This document shows, one piece after another, positions 37,201 through 51,339 of a stretch of 64,000 nucleotides of DNA. A program made the position numbers and the translations under genes. The notes under the pieces were generated by a model. The model was given only the letters and a program-made list of their open reading frames with translations. It searched no databases and was not told where the DNA came from. How positions within the stretch are numbered: the stretch's first letter is position 1; the number at the start of each line of letters is the position of its first letter. The stretch is from the NCBI GenBank assembly GCA_964035545.1, contig OZ037769.1, forward strand, positions 1,302,001 through 1,366,000. The letters run 5' to 3'. The stretch is from Bugula neritina (taxonomy: Eukaryota > Animalia > Bryozoa).

Positions 37201-40200
37201 TGATATTATTTTACAGATTCTATTTCATTTCAATTTCATGAACATGAATCTTTTTATGAAGTACCATATTTAAACTTTTTAATATGATTCTGCTTTTTTT
37301 ACAGAATTCAAATCGAAGTTTCATTCAATTCTTCTCTCACACAAGCGTTACAGGTAATTATTCAACAATTGTTATGTTGTTCTTTTTTTACTACAGTTGT
37401 AGAAATTGGATAACAGTTATTTTATTATTTTATTTTTGTTTTAAATAGTCAACTAATCAATAAACTAATCAATAAACTAATTAATAAACTAATTAATCAA
37501 CTAGTTATTCAACTTTGCTAGTAAATGTTTTATAATCTCCCTTATCACAGCTCCAGCTGAAGTAAGATCTACTGTACCACCACCTCCACCTAAGTGTGGA
37601 ACAGGATGCGTAGTTGGAATAGTCATGAGTCTGATAGTTTGTCTGGCTGCAGGTGCCGCAGTTGCTGGATTTGTAATATTTCGAAGGTAAGGCTAACAGT
37701 TATTTTGATAGTAAATTAATGTTAAACTACAGGATTAATGAAAAGACATCATTCTCCTTTGTATAGCTACATAACCTTATACTCTACCAATTATTTGCAC
37801 TTACTTTACATCATATTATGTACTTCATGCAATAGATTAAAGTTAGAAATGTGTAGCCAATATTCTTATACCATATATTTTAGGAGACAGGCCAAAGGTT
37901 CGGATGAAGGAGTGTCACCTGCTCTTTCATTAGGTAATAAAAAGTTGTCTAGAAATTTTGAATAAAACCAATTATTTTTATTCGTTTATATAGCTAGTTT
38001 TCTGATGCTAGTCAAATTGAAATTAGAAAATATTCTAACAGAGATTGCTTGTAGTTATGACATTTCATAGTTTGAAAAAAAAATATGACCAAAAGTTGAA
38101 AGTTTGCATCAAATTTCAAAATAAACCTGCAAAATTCATCCTAAACCTATATTTTGGATTACAGAAGCAAAAATGTTCTTGTTTAGTTTCAGTATCAGAG
38201 GTCTCACCAGCTTTAGAAGGGCTGTCAACATCTTCTCAACAACCTGTCCCATCATCACCAGAGAATGAGGCTATCCCAGTATCTCAACTAGCTCAGTATA
38301 TTACAGAGAAGCTAATGAATGATATACTGGAACAGTACAAGGTAAACCCCATGCTTTATATTCATATTTGCCAGTAACAAGCTGTTTAGTTTATTCATGC
38401 ACCAAAATATCATGCATTTATTTGTTACAAATTCTTTCTACTAGAAACTCAAAATGTGTACTCTAGAATTCAAATAAGCTTTTTGTGTTTGTATGACAAT
38501 ATAGGTAGGAGAAAAACACATTATATATGGTACAGAAACTCAAATAGGAAAATGTTTTTTAAATGTAATTGGGTTATTTTCATAAAGTGAGCTTTTGTTT
38601 TGAATAAAGTCAAAAAGCTGTTACCCCACTAATAAAAAATTCAATAGACACATGCTTTAATGTCTATATTTGAAAGCTAGTAAAGCCGTGCATTCTTGTA
38701 AAAATATATTAGCAAGTAACTACCAGTAAGCTCAGTAGGTTTGTTTTATCAATTTGATGATTAATTCAGATTATTGAGAAACTAGAGAAGCCAGTGATGA
38801 GAGCTGCTTCTCTACCTGAAAACAGAGGCAAATGTAAATACATTGGGCTGTATCCAGGTAAGTGGTAAGAGTAAAGGTGCTGAGCAGGTGCATTGTAGCC
38901 TGTAGGCAACTCGCGTTTCACAGAATGCAAAGCAAATGAGCAAAAATTAAGTTTAAAAGAGAAAAAACAATTTAGAGGTATTAGAGTCATAAAACTAAAA
39001 CATATAATAATAAAAAAAATTCATGATGTGGCAATAAACAAATTTTAGGATTTCATCTGCTTTTATCTGTAAAGTTGTATTTTGAGTATCACTTAGAACT
39101 GCAAAGAAACAACGGCCAGATAAACTAATACATGGGATCATTTTAACGGCATTTATTAATCCTAAATAATTTAGATGACAATCAGCCAGTAGATTTTGAT
39201 TACAATCTAAATTATACACAATAAAGATATGTGTATTTGTTGTTTTATTTCAGAGGACAAGACAAGAGTGGTGCTGGAGAGGAATGGTGGAGAGGGTAGT
39301 GACTTCATCAATGCCTCTCATATAAAGGTACGCATCTACACGTATACATGAGCACAAAGTAATACCACATCTAAGTACTTAAAATTGTGAAACTTATTTA
39401 TAACTTATTTGCTTGACTATTTAGTTCTATAACTTATGTTTTAGGGATACACCGAGCAAGATTTGTTTATTGCAGCTCAAGGTAAGTTTATATGTCTTCT
39501 GTAAAATTATACACAAAGGAATAAAAAAATCTACTATTGAACGCATTATTTACTTATATTACTATTGACTTTTAAACCATAATAAAAATATATACCTATA
39601 TAGTTTATTGCTGGAGTTACATATACTGCGGCATATGATTGCATAAACTCTAATTAACACTTGACTGATCTCAACTTAAACTGCAAATCTTGACAGCAAG
39701 AATTAACCACATAGCCTGTCTTTAATCCCAAAGATGTTAGGGATGACTCAACAACAAACAGCTCTGTAAAGAATTTTAGAGTAAAATCTAAGCAAATTAT
39801 TGTCTATGTTTACAGGACCTCAGGAGCGCACTGTTGATGACTTTTGGCTCATGATTTGGCAGCAGAAGGCAAAGGGGGTTGTCATGGTTACCAACCTAAT
39901 CGAAGGTGGTAAGGTAGGTTTATCATTAATAGGGGACTGGTTGTGAAGAGAAATAAGGTAACATACTTTTATGCTGCATTACATGTTCATTACCTAAGCT
40001 GAGTTTAATAGCTGACAATCATACTCACTAGCATAAAACTCAAGGTTTTTAAGTTACCAGTAGCTGTCATATTTTGAAATTTTGGTCAAGCAAAGCTTTT
40101 ATTTGAATAGAAAGTACAAACATTATATTCAAAACAATGAAATAGAAATTACATATTACAAAATAGATCAATTTATATAATACATTACAAGGTTTGAGTG

Positions 40201-43200
40201 TAAAATATAAATTATAGTATAGCTAATACAATTCTACAATCATTTAGATAAAGTGTGTGCAGTACTGGCCAGACAAAGTCGGGGAGAGCTCAATGTTTGG
40301 AGACATCAAAGTGACGTTTATTGCACATGAGTTAGTGGCCGACTACACCATCAGAACTATTTCAGCTGAGATGGTGAGTCTGAAAGCAAACTATGCACTC
40401 ATAATTTAACCATTAATTCAATAATACATTGATTCAATAATACATTGATAAAATAACTAAAGTTGTAAGTCTAAATAAAATCAACTACACTCGCATAAAT
40501 TATGACAGCTTAACCAAACATAACACAGCCCCATGAAGGCCGACTATTCATAAAATCCTCTTGCTTTAGCAATTTTTGATAATTCATATAGTGTAAAAGA
40601 AGTTTTAATAACTCTAGAAATAATTTCTATTAGCTAATACTAATCTTATTTTTGTTTACAGAATGGACAAAAGATAAAGCTAAAACAATTCCATTTTGAA
40701 TCATGGCCAGACCAAAGAGTTCCTGAGGTGATGAGTCCTCTTTTAACCTTTGTGAAAAGAGTAAGATCTGAAACAAGAAGATCTGCTGGACCTTTAGTTG
40801 TTCATTGCAGGTAACAAACATTACCTACCAAACGTGAGGCAAACACAAGGTAGACATGACAAACAGTTTTTATTATAGTAGCCAGAAGTTTTACAATTCC
40901 ATAAGTATATATTTCATGAGGCTAAATTATTGTAACATGCACAGTGCCGGAGTCGGTCGGACAGGGACTTTCATAGCTATCAACATTTTGGCGAAAGAAG
41001 CAAAAGATAAAAAAGAAGTGAATCCGTTTGAGTGTGTGAAGGAGATGAGAAAGAGGAGACCTTGCATGGTGCAGAAACAGGTGAAATTCTGAATGTTCAT
41101 CGGATACTTTAAACACATGGCAATAGCTAAATGCTAAAACTGATTCTGCTTTTTCTAGTATAAATTGAGTTTTTGTCCACAGGTTTGTATTGTATAGACT
41201 TGTATATAAACCATAATACTACTACAAGCTCTACGTAGCTATATAGGTCAGTCCCTTGTTGCCATTTACTCAGTATAGTGAATTCAGCTTGTTTCATGCT
41301 AACTAAACCATCAGCCCTTGTCACTAGAGGCTCAATTTTTCACCTGATTGTAAAGCTCACATGTTGCATTGAAATTACCCAGTAGTCTCTGTGGTGTAAT
41401 ATATAGTTAGTATGTCTGCCTGTAAGTCGGAAGTCTCGGGTTCGAATCCCAGTCAGATATAAAGTCTTACATCAATTACTGTGTAACTTACAGTGTGTGT
41501 TTTCTGTAATCCCTGTGGGGGCAAAAGGTTCAAATCATACAGTGTTTCATGTTTTCTGTAGTCATGTCATCACACAGTTTTCTATTACAGGAACAATACC
41601 AGTTTGTTTATGAGGCCTTAGAGGAGTTTCTGGTAACAGATGACTATGTTTGTGAACCAGCTTTGCTCATGTCTAAGATTCAGACACATTTGGAAGAGAC
41701 TACAGACACGGCTACTTATGCTAATACTATGAGTAATAACCAAGATCTGATTAGTCAAGAGTTTGAGGTGAGTAAATTTTTATAACATGAAAAATTTCCA
41801 AAGATTTTTTGTGAAAATTGTTTTAGGAAATCCATCAAACGTTTAATTTCTTTCCTTTTATATATATTTGTTTACTTTTAGAGACTTGAGGTCAAAAGAA
41901 GTCAAGCTGTGATGGGCTTCTCTGTTGCGATGAGTGAAGAAAACAAGGACAAGAATCGAGATCCAAACGTCCTAGCCAGTAAATTCTATTTTAACGTCTT
42001 CTTTCAACAGTGTTGCTAATTTCATTTTGATGTTTAAGTAGTGTATAGCTTGTTCGAAAAATATTACATAGTGAAATTTTGGTGTATTCTCCATTAGATT
42101 TATTTAAATTTTCAAAGATTTTAGTTGCAATGCAATCTCAATGACAGAGTATGTTGCACCATATTATCTACGTTCAGGTGACAGAAGCTGCATGTGGGCT
42201 GATGGTGAATATATAAATGCTGTTTCAATCAATGTAAGTATTTAGCAAAGTATATAGACTGAGTCTGCAGCTTATAGGTTCTCTGCTGTATTTGTTGACA
42301 TATTTGTTGTAGTAGGAATTTTTGAATTATATGAAAGTATTTAAGTAGTTATATTTTAGTATATGTAAATTTTAAACCTGAATAGCTTATAAATTTTGCC
42401 TGCATTACATTAGTACAATTATAGAGAAGGCTAAAAATATTTCTACAAAAGCTTCCCTTTTTCTGGTTGTTAGCTTTAAGCCTATTTAATAGGAATTTAT
42501 GCAGTTTTTGTCAAAATATAGCTTGCTCACTTTAATAATAATTTAGGATTACCGGAAGAAAGGACATATCATAGTGACCCAGCTTCCTCTTCCTAACACC
42601 GTGAAGGACTTTTGGGCTATGGTTATTGATAATGGTGTAAAGCTCATTGTACAACTGCTAAATCAGGTTTGCATTTGACTACAGCAGCGTTTTGTTATAG
42701 CTTTAAGTAAAACATTGTCTGTTGAAAGCTATTTTATGGCAGCTTTTGCAATAGCTTTTTACTGGTACCTTTTGTTTGATGAGTACAGCTCAAGAACTGA
42801 AAGAGGAGAGTTTGCTCCTGTAAAAGATGCCGGCAACTTGGAATCTATATTGCCCAAATAATTGTTAAAATTTTGTCAGAGATATAAACTGTTGGCATTA
42901 TCCCAAAGGTTGAGTTGTGTCCTGCATCTGTGCATCCAGCATCCCTGCTATCAAAACACATAGTCATCCGTGCCGCTCAGCACCCGTGTGGCATTGTAAC
43001 TGACAAACTTGTAAGAAATAATAGTTTCAATAGGCAATACTCTATCAACTTCTATGATATACTTGTTTAGTTATGTTTGTATATTGATAAATTTTATTTT
43101 CAATTAACAGCTGTAAAACATGTTGCAGGATGAAAGCTTCTACCCAGCTCACAATAGTCATACCATGAAATGTGGAAAGTTCCTCATCACCAGAATGAGC

Positions 43201-44352
43201 AGTGAGGTTGGGGATGGAATCACTTTAATAAAGATATCTATTGAGAACAGAGGAGCTGTAAGTGTCAATAATATAGACATTTCATAAAGTTAGAGTACCT
43301 ACACATTGACTGTTGTACTAGCTATTAAACAAAACTGATAAGTATAATTTTGAAATCTTTGAAAACAATAACAGGACATTTTTTGAAACTGTAGCAATTC
43401 ACTGAGCAAAATAATTGATAATTTATTCAGATTTTTCGCTTCTTATACAACTGGTTCGAGAATTAGACTAACTATAGCATAGTTCAATGTGAATTGAAAT
43501 AAAATGGTAGTTTATCAACAACACATAATAACTTGTATGATGTGCAGGTGTACAATGCTGACATAATCTTGGTAACTGATTGGCCTGAGACTGAAGAGTT
43601 CCCTAAAACAACTTCAATGTTGGCATATCTGGGAGAGCTGGAGAAATACCAGAGACAACACGGAGATCAAAGAATATGTCTTGTTGACTTGTAAGTAAAT
43701 ACTCCAGTTATTGATTTATTCTCAGTTTTCTTATATAAAAAAGAGCTACGGTCTTTAAAGTTAATCAACTCTGAAATTGAATTAGATGAGTGGAAAGACA
43801 CCTTCCCTTTACCCATAAATTACTGTCCTTCATTGTAGTATCTCATTGTATCTAATTTGCTGATTTGATGTACATAAACAGCTGTTGCGATTTTGAATTG
43901 TTACTATATATAAACCTATTTTTTTAGAAATGGGAACAACCGCTGCGGAATATTTGTCTCGGCATACAATGCTGTGGAGAAGCTGAAGACCGAACAGGAA
44001 GTTGATCTGTACAACACAGTGCTGATGTTGAGACACGCTCGTCCTGAGTTTGTTAGTGATCTGGTAAGTTCTCTATCAACACCATTTTATTGTAATATTG
44101 ATTACGTCATGTACCTGTGAGAGCACCGCAAATGGAATAGTTTTTTTCTAAAGGATAGAGTAAACTTTGCATGTGTTTTAGTTAGGTCATAGGATGCAAA
44201 TTGAGTTATATACATTTTAGTAGCTGAAATTGGAGATAGATAGACCTAATAATCCTGTGATGCATATTGTGTTTTAGAGGAGTTATGTCTACCTGTACCA
44301 ACTTCTTCAGCAGTACATAGATACTTTCTCTGAGTACGGAAACTTTCAGTGA
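28228..44352 (+). CDS. Receptor-type protein tyrosine phosphatase, copy C (complete: signal peptide, 2 lectin/discoidin-like domains, 7 FN3, TM, active D1, pseudo-D2)
   Basis: ATG 28228 [23 protein letters not shown]; exons 28625-28810, 29311-29547 onward mirror copies B and A; TM 37551-37686; D1 with WPD and intact [12 protein letters not shown] (CGG at 40958-40960); D2 ending SEYGNFQ*, stop at 44350-44352. No lesion noticed in the exons checked. Confidence 0.92.
31168..31281. repeat. (AT)n microsatellite, intronic
   Basis: TA run in the intron equivalent to 19696-19875 and 1871-1893. Confidence 0.95.
41384..41457 (+). mobile_element. tRNA-derived SINE head, paralog of 12246-12317
   Basis: Same B-box GGTTCGAATCCC in the same intron of copy C, so the insertion predates the A/C duplication or was copied by conversion. 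Confidence 0.55.
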
Positions 44353-45254
44353 AGGGATAAACATTAATATATATCACACTATGTATTTATTTTACTAACC
44401 ACCATACTCAACTTATCTGCTCTGCTCAACCCATCTACTCATACAGTATTTAGCTTACCCTGTATGTGAGGCACCCTCTATATAACAACACTAACACAAT
44501 ATTTACCTGCAAATATTGCGGAATGAATAACTATAGCAATTACACAACTCTAACTTTTCAGTGCTAAACTTTATTTGATGAGTGACAATCAACATACTAA
44601 CATTTTGCTAAATCAGAGTGATATATATATATTTACATATACTATTTTTGGAAGGTTGAAACTATATAATAAAACATTAAATAAACAGCTAAATACCCAA
44701 CTGGAGACATGATTAATAAAGAGAAGAAAAACCCATGTAATGCGTGAATAAACATAACAAAAATAATTGGTGATGATTGCGTAATCAATTTGAGCAAAAG
44801 ACAACCGTGAATAAAACTATAGATAAGATAACTTCTATTCTGGACATAAGATACCGACATTAGTTATATCAACAGAAAGTGTGATATTCTATACAGCATG
44901 AATGTTGGAATACATTCTATGGTAAAGCTGAATGTTAGAAGGATAATGAAAAGGCTATGTTTCCATAACTTAACCATCTTCCTTCATTGTCATGAAGTAA
45001 TTATTTCAAAAATAACATTTTCTGACGTATAGAAAAATACAGATTTCAGCACATAACAACATAAAATGTATTTTTCTGACAAAAATTTTTTTGACGCATT
45101 TGGTAATCTCAACCTCACTGGTGCAATAAAAATGTTGAGTGACTGAAGTTCTAGAAACGTACAATAGCAGGAAGTAGCAATCTACTGGCAGTGTAGAGGA
45201 CGCATGACGTGACTAGTGATGTAACGGAGACATTCAACTACCTGCGTGTGAGTG

Positions 45255-48200
45255 TCACTCAAACTGACTGACAGCCCCAGCAGGTTCTGTCACAATTAGA
45301 TCTTCATGTCCGGAGAGCTCGCTGAGTCTCATACCACCACTGACCTCTTCGTGCTGCTGAGCGTAGATCAGATTGTTGGCTGTGCCGATATCCATGAGAG
45401 TTTTGTAACATTGGTCTCGGCTCAGAAGGCCTCCGAATATGTGCGGCTGTGAGTGTATATGATAGGAAGAGATATTAACTTGCCCTACTTCACTATAAGA
45501 TATTATATTGTTATACTATAGTAGAAATTAGGAGATAATTAAGAGTTTTAAGTTTTTACCATTTCGAATCCCTGTTCGACAATCTCCAAGGACATCCCAT
45601 TGCCGGGTAGAAAAGAAATGGGTTTCCTTTTCTCAATCCTCGCAATGTTAGCCAATGGGATGGCTCTTCGCTCATCAGCCCGCACCATCTCGTAGCAGAG
45701 GAAGCTGAGAGCAAGAGAAGATAACTACTATCAACATATGTACTGTATATATTACATATATTATATTACATATATTATATTACATATATTATATTACATA
45801 TAATATATTACACACATTATATTACACACATTATATTACATATATTATATTACACGTATTATATTACACGTATTATATTACATATATATTATATTACGTA
45901 TATTATATTACCTAGGGGTGAGGTACAACTTGGCATGTTTCTGGAAGGCGGTGGAAACTTTAACAGAAGACTCCTTATTCACGTGAATGCAATGGCGGCC
46001 TCCTTTGAACGCTAAATCAGAAAATATGCACATAATAAAATCGTCTAAAAACTTAAACAATTCCAGAACATGTAACATAACATTTGTGTGTGAGTATATA
46101 ACAGTGGAATATTCTAGAGAGGTCAAGGCCAAAAATAAACCTACGTCCGGCAGGGAAAGGTCGCTCATCATCGGGGAGGTCAAACCTGTCACAGAAGAGG
46201 CGGTCCTCTTCAGACATGGTGTCGCTAGAGAGGAGCAGACTGGCTGAGGAGGACTGCCGGGAGCCAGCGCCTTCTGTGGGAGACTTTGAAAGCTGTGGAC
46301 TTCTGGGTAATATCATCTACAAGCATACAGAGGCAACTCTCTCAACAAGAGAGAGAGTAAACAACACGTGGCCAGAGAGTAGGTCAAATATATAAAAGTA
46401 ACGGAAAATCAACCAATCATATCCTTTGCCCTACAAATGAAACTCACAACTACCAAAGAAATAAGCCACACACAACAATGCAAGTGGCACATCAAGTACA
46501 TGGTAATACACCATCAAGTGTACTGGTGACTCTAAGGCTATATAAGAACCCTTAGAACTGTACTCTGATAAACTATCGCCAACCGAACCTGGTTGTTGGC
46601 GTTACGCTGCGTGTACTTCTCCAGCTGAGCGTCTGTGAGCAGGTTCTGCCAGAGGCGGTGGGTGCTGTCATACTTCTCCTTGACACGTGGGAATCTGTTG
46701 TACACCGGGTCTATCACAAACAGCTTCAGTCCTAGGAACCAGCCTGTATAAAACACCACACTGTCAACACTTCCTGTCAACACATGCTACTGTCTACACT
46801 TCCTGTATAACATATGCTACTGTCTACACATGCTACTGTCAACACTTCCTGTCAACATATGCTACTGTATAACACACCACACTATCAACACTTCCTGTCA
46901 ACATATGCTACTGTCAACACTTCCTGTCAACATATGCTACTGTCAACACATGCTACTGTCAACACTTCCTGTCAACATATGCTACTGTCAACATATGCTA
47001 CTAGTTATCAACACCAGACAGAAAGCACATGTCAGACATGCTGTGAGTAGGTCTATACTCATTGCTGTTGAGATGGAGTTCAATCAATCAGTTTGATATT
47101 TAAAAACTACAAAATTTATAGTTTATATAAAACCCCTTAATCAACTAATACTCGTAATTTTAGCACATAGTATGCCAATCAGTTTGGCAAAACTCTACTA
47201 ACCGATAACAAACACTATGGTGTCTAGTTTGAGACTTACACTAGAGGTAAGTGTCTACTAACCGACAACAAACGCTATGGTGTCTAGTTTGAGACTTACA
47301 CTAGAGGTAAGTGTCTACTAACCGACAACAAACACTATGGTGTCCAGTTTGAGAAAGAGCGTCAGGACGAAAGCGCCACAGAGCGGTGTGAAAATCTGTT
47401 TAGTATCTCCCGTTCTCTTCCACATGAGTAAACTGTAAGAACAACATAATTAAACTGTAAGTATATGAGGAAACTCTAAGTACAACATGTGCAAACTGTA
47501 AGTATAATGTCCTGTAATGAAAATTAAAAACGACTAATTAATTTGAAAGCAACCCAAAATATCTGACTCACTTTTTTGCTTTCTCTAATCCATCAGCCAG
47601 TTGACCGAACTTGTTCTGAAAATAGATACACAGTTTACTGGTAACCATAGATACACAGTTTACTGGTAACCATAGATACACAGTTTACTGGTAACCATAG
47701 ATACACAGTTTACAGGTAACCATAGATACACAGTTTTCTGGTAACCATAGATACACAGTGTACCTACCTGACCTTTGGTGGCCACTTCCAGAACTATATT
47801 AAACTTATCGCTGACACTAGGAAAGTCCTTGTCTTTCTCGGGTTCTATTTTCTTCTTACACGGGAGGAGGGTGATGGGCGGAATCAGTTTCCTGAAAATA
47901 TTTCAAATAGACTAACGTAACATGAACTATTAATCACAAATAACAGCATACACCATGGAGTGGTAGTCATGGTGAATAAAAATTCCTTCATTTCTTGAGG
48001 CAATAGCTGAAGAACTCAAATGGAACAACTTGAGGTTAGCGTTACTTGAAGTCCAAGTAACTTGATGTCCCAGAGGAGGTGAACTTGAAATCAATAGCCG
48101 TCTCATAGTAATACAAACATTTACATGGAGTCCAATAAAGTAGTAGTGAATTATAAATTACAAACTGCAGCGGCAAAGAAACTCACAATGAACTAGATGA

Positions 48201-51026
48201 GAAATATATTAAATGGAGCAGCTTACATTTCTTCTAGAAGATTCAAAGTTAGCCTGAGCACCAGTACAGCGAGTAAACCGGGCACGAGGAGCCCCACCCA
48301 GCAAAGATACATGTAGATCTGAAATCATCCTCATATATATGAATACACATATAATATTATATATAATATATAACATACATGTTTCATGCACAAATTCAAT
48401 AAGTAATACAGAACCTCTCAGGATGTGTGGTGTGTGAAAATTATCAAAAAGCCAATGGGCTAAACATGAACCAAGGATCATCATGTACTGCCATAAACAT
48501 ATAGACTAGATATGCTGGTATAATAATTCACTCACATATAAACATATGAACTAGATATGCTGGCATTATAATCTAACTCACGCCAAACACCGTAACTGTA
48601 AGAAGAGGCATGTGCCAGTTGAAGAGAAGATGGAAGCTCTTCATCATGTCCAGCACAGGAGACACGCCATTGCCAAACCTCTTGACGTTGTGTTTGAGCA
48701 TCTTCACGGAGAGAGGCTCCAGCACCTGGGAGCAGACAACAAGTGTGTGTGAGTGAGACCAGGGGTGGATAGAGAACTGGCAGGGGTGGATAGACAGTTC
48801 ACAGGGGTGAATAGACAACTGGCAGGGGTGGGTAGACAATTTACAGGGGTGGATAGGCAATTGGCAAGGGTGGCCAAAACTATGAGCAGGCAACTCCAAA
48901 ATATATAACATGAGGACCTATTCCATTCTGGTAAAAGGCAAAACTTATTCCAAATGTTTCTTGAAGCATAATGCTAGAGTTTTATGACATAATATAAATT
49001 TTAGGAGCTGTTGTAAGATTCTTAAACGAGACAAACGCAGAGATGATAGCAAGACACTGACTTCCGGCTCCTCGATGTCTTCAGAAGTGACAGAGAAGTC
49101 TTCGATCAGCTGGTAGTATCTGTTGAGGACGGCGTACATCACCGAGTCAAACCAACCAAGTTTAGTATCTTCTACAACAGAGAGCGAGTGACTACAGTGA
49201 CCGTGTAAAAAAGACAATCGGGGGAATAGCAGACAATACATGATTGCAATGCCTACACTGCAGAGTTAACTTATTGTAGTGGGCAATCATACAACAACCA
49301 GCTTATACGTATATACACTCATTATATAACAGCATACACTCATTACATACCAATACATACTCATTATATAACAGTAAATATCAATTATGTACAGACTATT
49401 ACATAACTTCCACTATACTAGCAACGCATTCTAGTTACCATAGCAACCAATACTAATCAATGTAATTTCTACGAAAGTAAAGTATCCCTGTACCAGAATG
49501 CTCTGTGTCAGTTGGGTCGCTCTCATTAACTGCGAAGCTGGTGTCCGTTGAGTCAGGTACTGCTGGCTCTTTGCTGTAAAAGGTAATGAAACTCTTCACC
49601 TAATCAGATACATCACACGTGAATCATAGCAGCTAAACAATATACTAGGAAAACATGTGCTTAGCTCTGTCAATGCACAGCTTATATTGCAACGACGAAC
49701 CCTGGGCCCCGGGAGGGGCTGAGTCGAGTTAAACTTGTAATCCTAGCGATCAATTCTTCATTCCGTTTCCTCTCCTTCGCCAGTTCCTTCTCCATATTCT
49801 GAACCTGTTTGTCTGTGCGAATTGCTTTCAGTTCAGCAGCTGAAAGTACAGTGACCTAGGTATCAGAACCACATCTAGTCCTATAAGCTAGTAGCAGACG
49901 TAGGCAGCAACTATCGCACTATATATACTGCATGGCATCAACACTAAAATTGATTGTCTTACCAAAAGAAAACACTAATTCAAACTGCATATATATTCAT
50001 ATGCAGTTTGAATTATTGTTTTCTTACATACAAGCTTTTCAGCTACTTTTGAGTTATAAAAACTGACATAAGTGCAAAAAAGGTACTTTTATTGTGGGTC
50101 ACCGATTCCATAAATACAGGAAAATGGTATTTAAATTCTAAGGACGTTAGTGAAATGTAGACAAGCACAGAAGATCACACTGTAAAATGAGAAGCAGACG
50201 TTACAAGCAGACGTGACTGACTCACCCATGTTCTGGTTTTCTATCATAGAGCTGACCAGTTGTTCCTGAAGCTGAACCAGCTGCAGCTCATACACCTCAG
50301 CCTTCTCCGCATTTGTCACCTCCCCCGCTGACTCGACCATCTCAAAGCCGTTGCGCGACTTCTCGCCGGGAGAAGAGTATTTGCTGGATAGAGATTCCTT
50401 GTCACTGCTCATAGAGTCGGATGACGGAGAGCGAATGTGACCAGGTGAAAAGTGGTAGCCCTGCTCATCCGGGAGTATCGGCTAAAACATGTCACCACAA
50501 GCCTGAACAGTGGGAGGAAACTTATGGTAAAGAGTAACAGTCTAGTGTGAACAGAGTAAATCTAATGTTCTATTTTGTAACAACTTGCTTAAATTACAGC
50601 ACGGTAATTTATATCCATAAAAAATTATACTAAATTGAAAAAATCAATTAAATACTAAATAGTTGACTTCAAATTGCATGTCCGTCTGTTATTTATGCAA
50701 ATTGAAGTATATTTAGAAAAGAGATTATAGGCATATGCATTTACAAGACCAGCCTCGAGGCTTCAAATATTATAGAAGATTCTAGAAAGGTAGAAGATCA
50801 TTCATGAAAACAATCAACACCATTTAATAATGAAATAATTCAAATATGAACCAAAACATAGAACCAATAACAGTGTTAGTAAGAGTAATGGTGTTACCAG
50901 TGATGAGTCCTGGTGGTCCAGTTTAATTATGCTGTTAATTTTTTCACTGACTGTCTCGCCGATAGCCGAATGTTTTATTTTATCTTTGAGTGACCTGAAG
51001 CTGACCCCTGGCCCTCCAGAAGCCAT
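45255..51026 (-). CDS. GRAMD4: GRAM domain-containing protein 4 homolog (multi-exon)
   Basis: Spliced fragments match recalled GRAMD4 segments: EPLSVKMLKHNVKRF, SVSDKFNIVLEVATKVQNKFGQLADGLEKAK, LKLFVIDPVYNRFPRVKEKYD..WQNLLTDAQL, FDLPDDERP, KLYLTP-FLCYE, SFLPGNGMSLEI, IFGGLLSRDQCYKTL; putative ATG 51026, stop TGA 45257-45255. Confidence 0.9.
45745..45908. repeat. ~14-16 bp AT-rich minisatellite (TATATTATATTACAC) filling a GRAMD4 intron
   Basis: Direct tandem copies abutting the donor at ~45910. Confidence 0.85.
46755..47002. repeat. Compound minisatellite (CTGTCAACACTTC / CTGTCAACATATGCTA) next to a GRAMD4 acceptor
   Basis: Tandem units visible; they explain the repetitive ORFs at 46687-47096. 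Confidence 0.85.
47194..47353. repeat. 60-bp tandem repeat (~2.7 copies) duplicating a GRAMD4 exon end and its donor
   Basis: CTACTAACCGACAACAAACACTATGGTGTCTAGTTTGAGA recurs with period 60; on the - strand it reads LKLDTIVFVV|GTTAGT. Confidence 0.85.
47622..47758. repeat. 25-bp minisatellite (ATAGATACACAGTTTACTGGTAACC, ~5.5 copies) making up almost a whole GRAMD4 intron
   Basis: Direct tandem copies between an acceptor at ~47617 and a donor at ~47767. Confidence 0.9.
48759..48880. repeat. 21-bp minisatellite (CAGGGGTGGATAGACAACTGG), intronic
   Basis: About 6 degenerate copies; translates as HPCQLSI repeats in ORF 48573-48911. Confidence 0.8.
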
Positions 51027-51339
51027 GCTTCAAGCATGCAAAGTTCAGCCCTAAAGTTATACAAGAGCTTATTCATTTAACTATTCATACCAGGCAGATA
51101 TGTGAAAACTCAGCAAGTCATTTTACAACAGTCTTTTTTTACAGTAAACTGCAATGTTAACAATTAAACTAATAAAAATTTATGTGTTTTATGAACTATA
51201 ATATAAAAGAATGAACAATTAGTGCCTAGCATAGTCAAAATGGCAGCTAAAGTCAACATTAAAAAACATAATTTGAAATAATCGCCCAATCATGATTTCT
51301 GCACCATTAATGATGATGAATGTTATTATAGTTAATGCT

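Noticed and set aside
46687-47096. Repetitive + strand ORFs (CQHMLLST)
   Set aside because: Minisatellite in a GRAMD4 intron.
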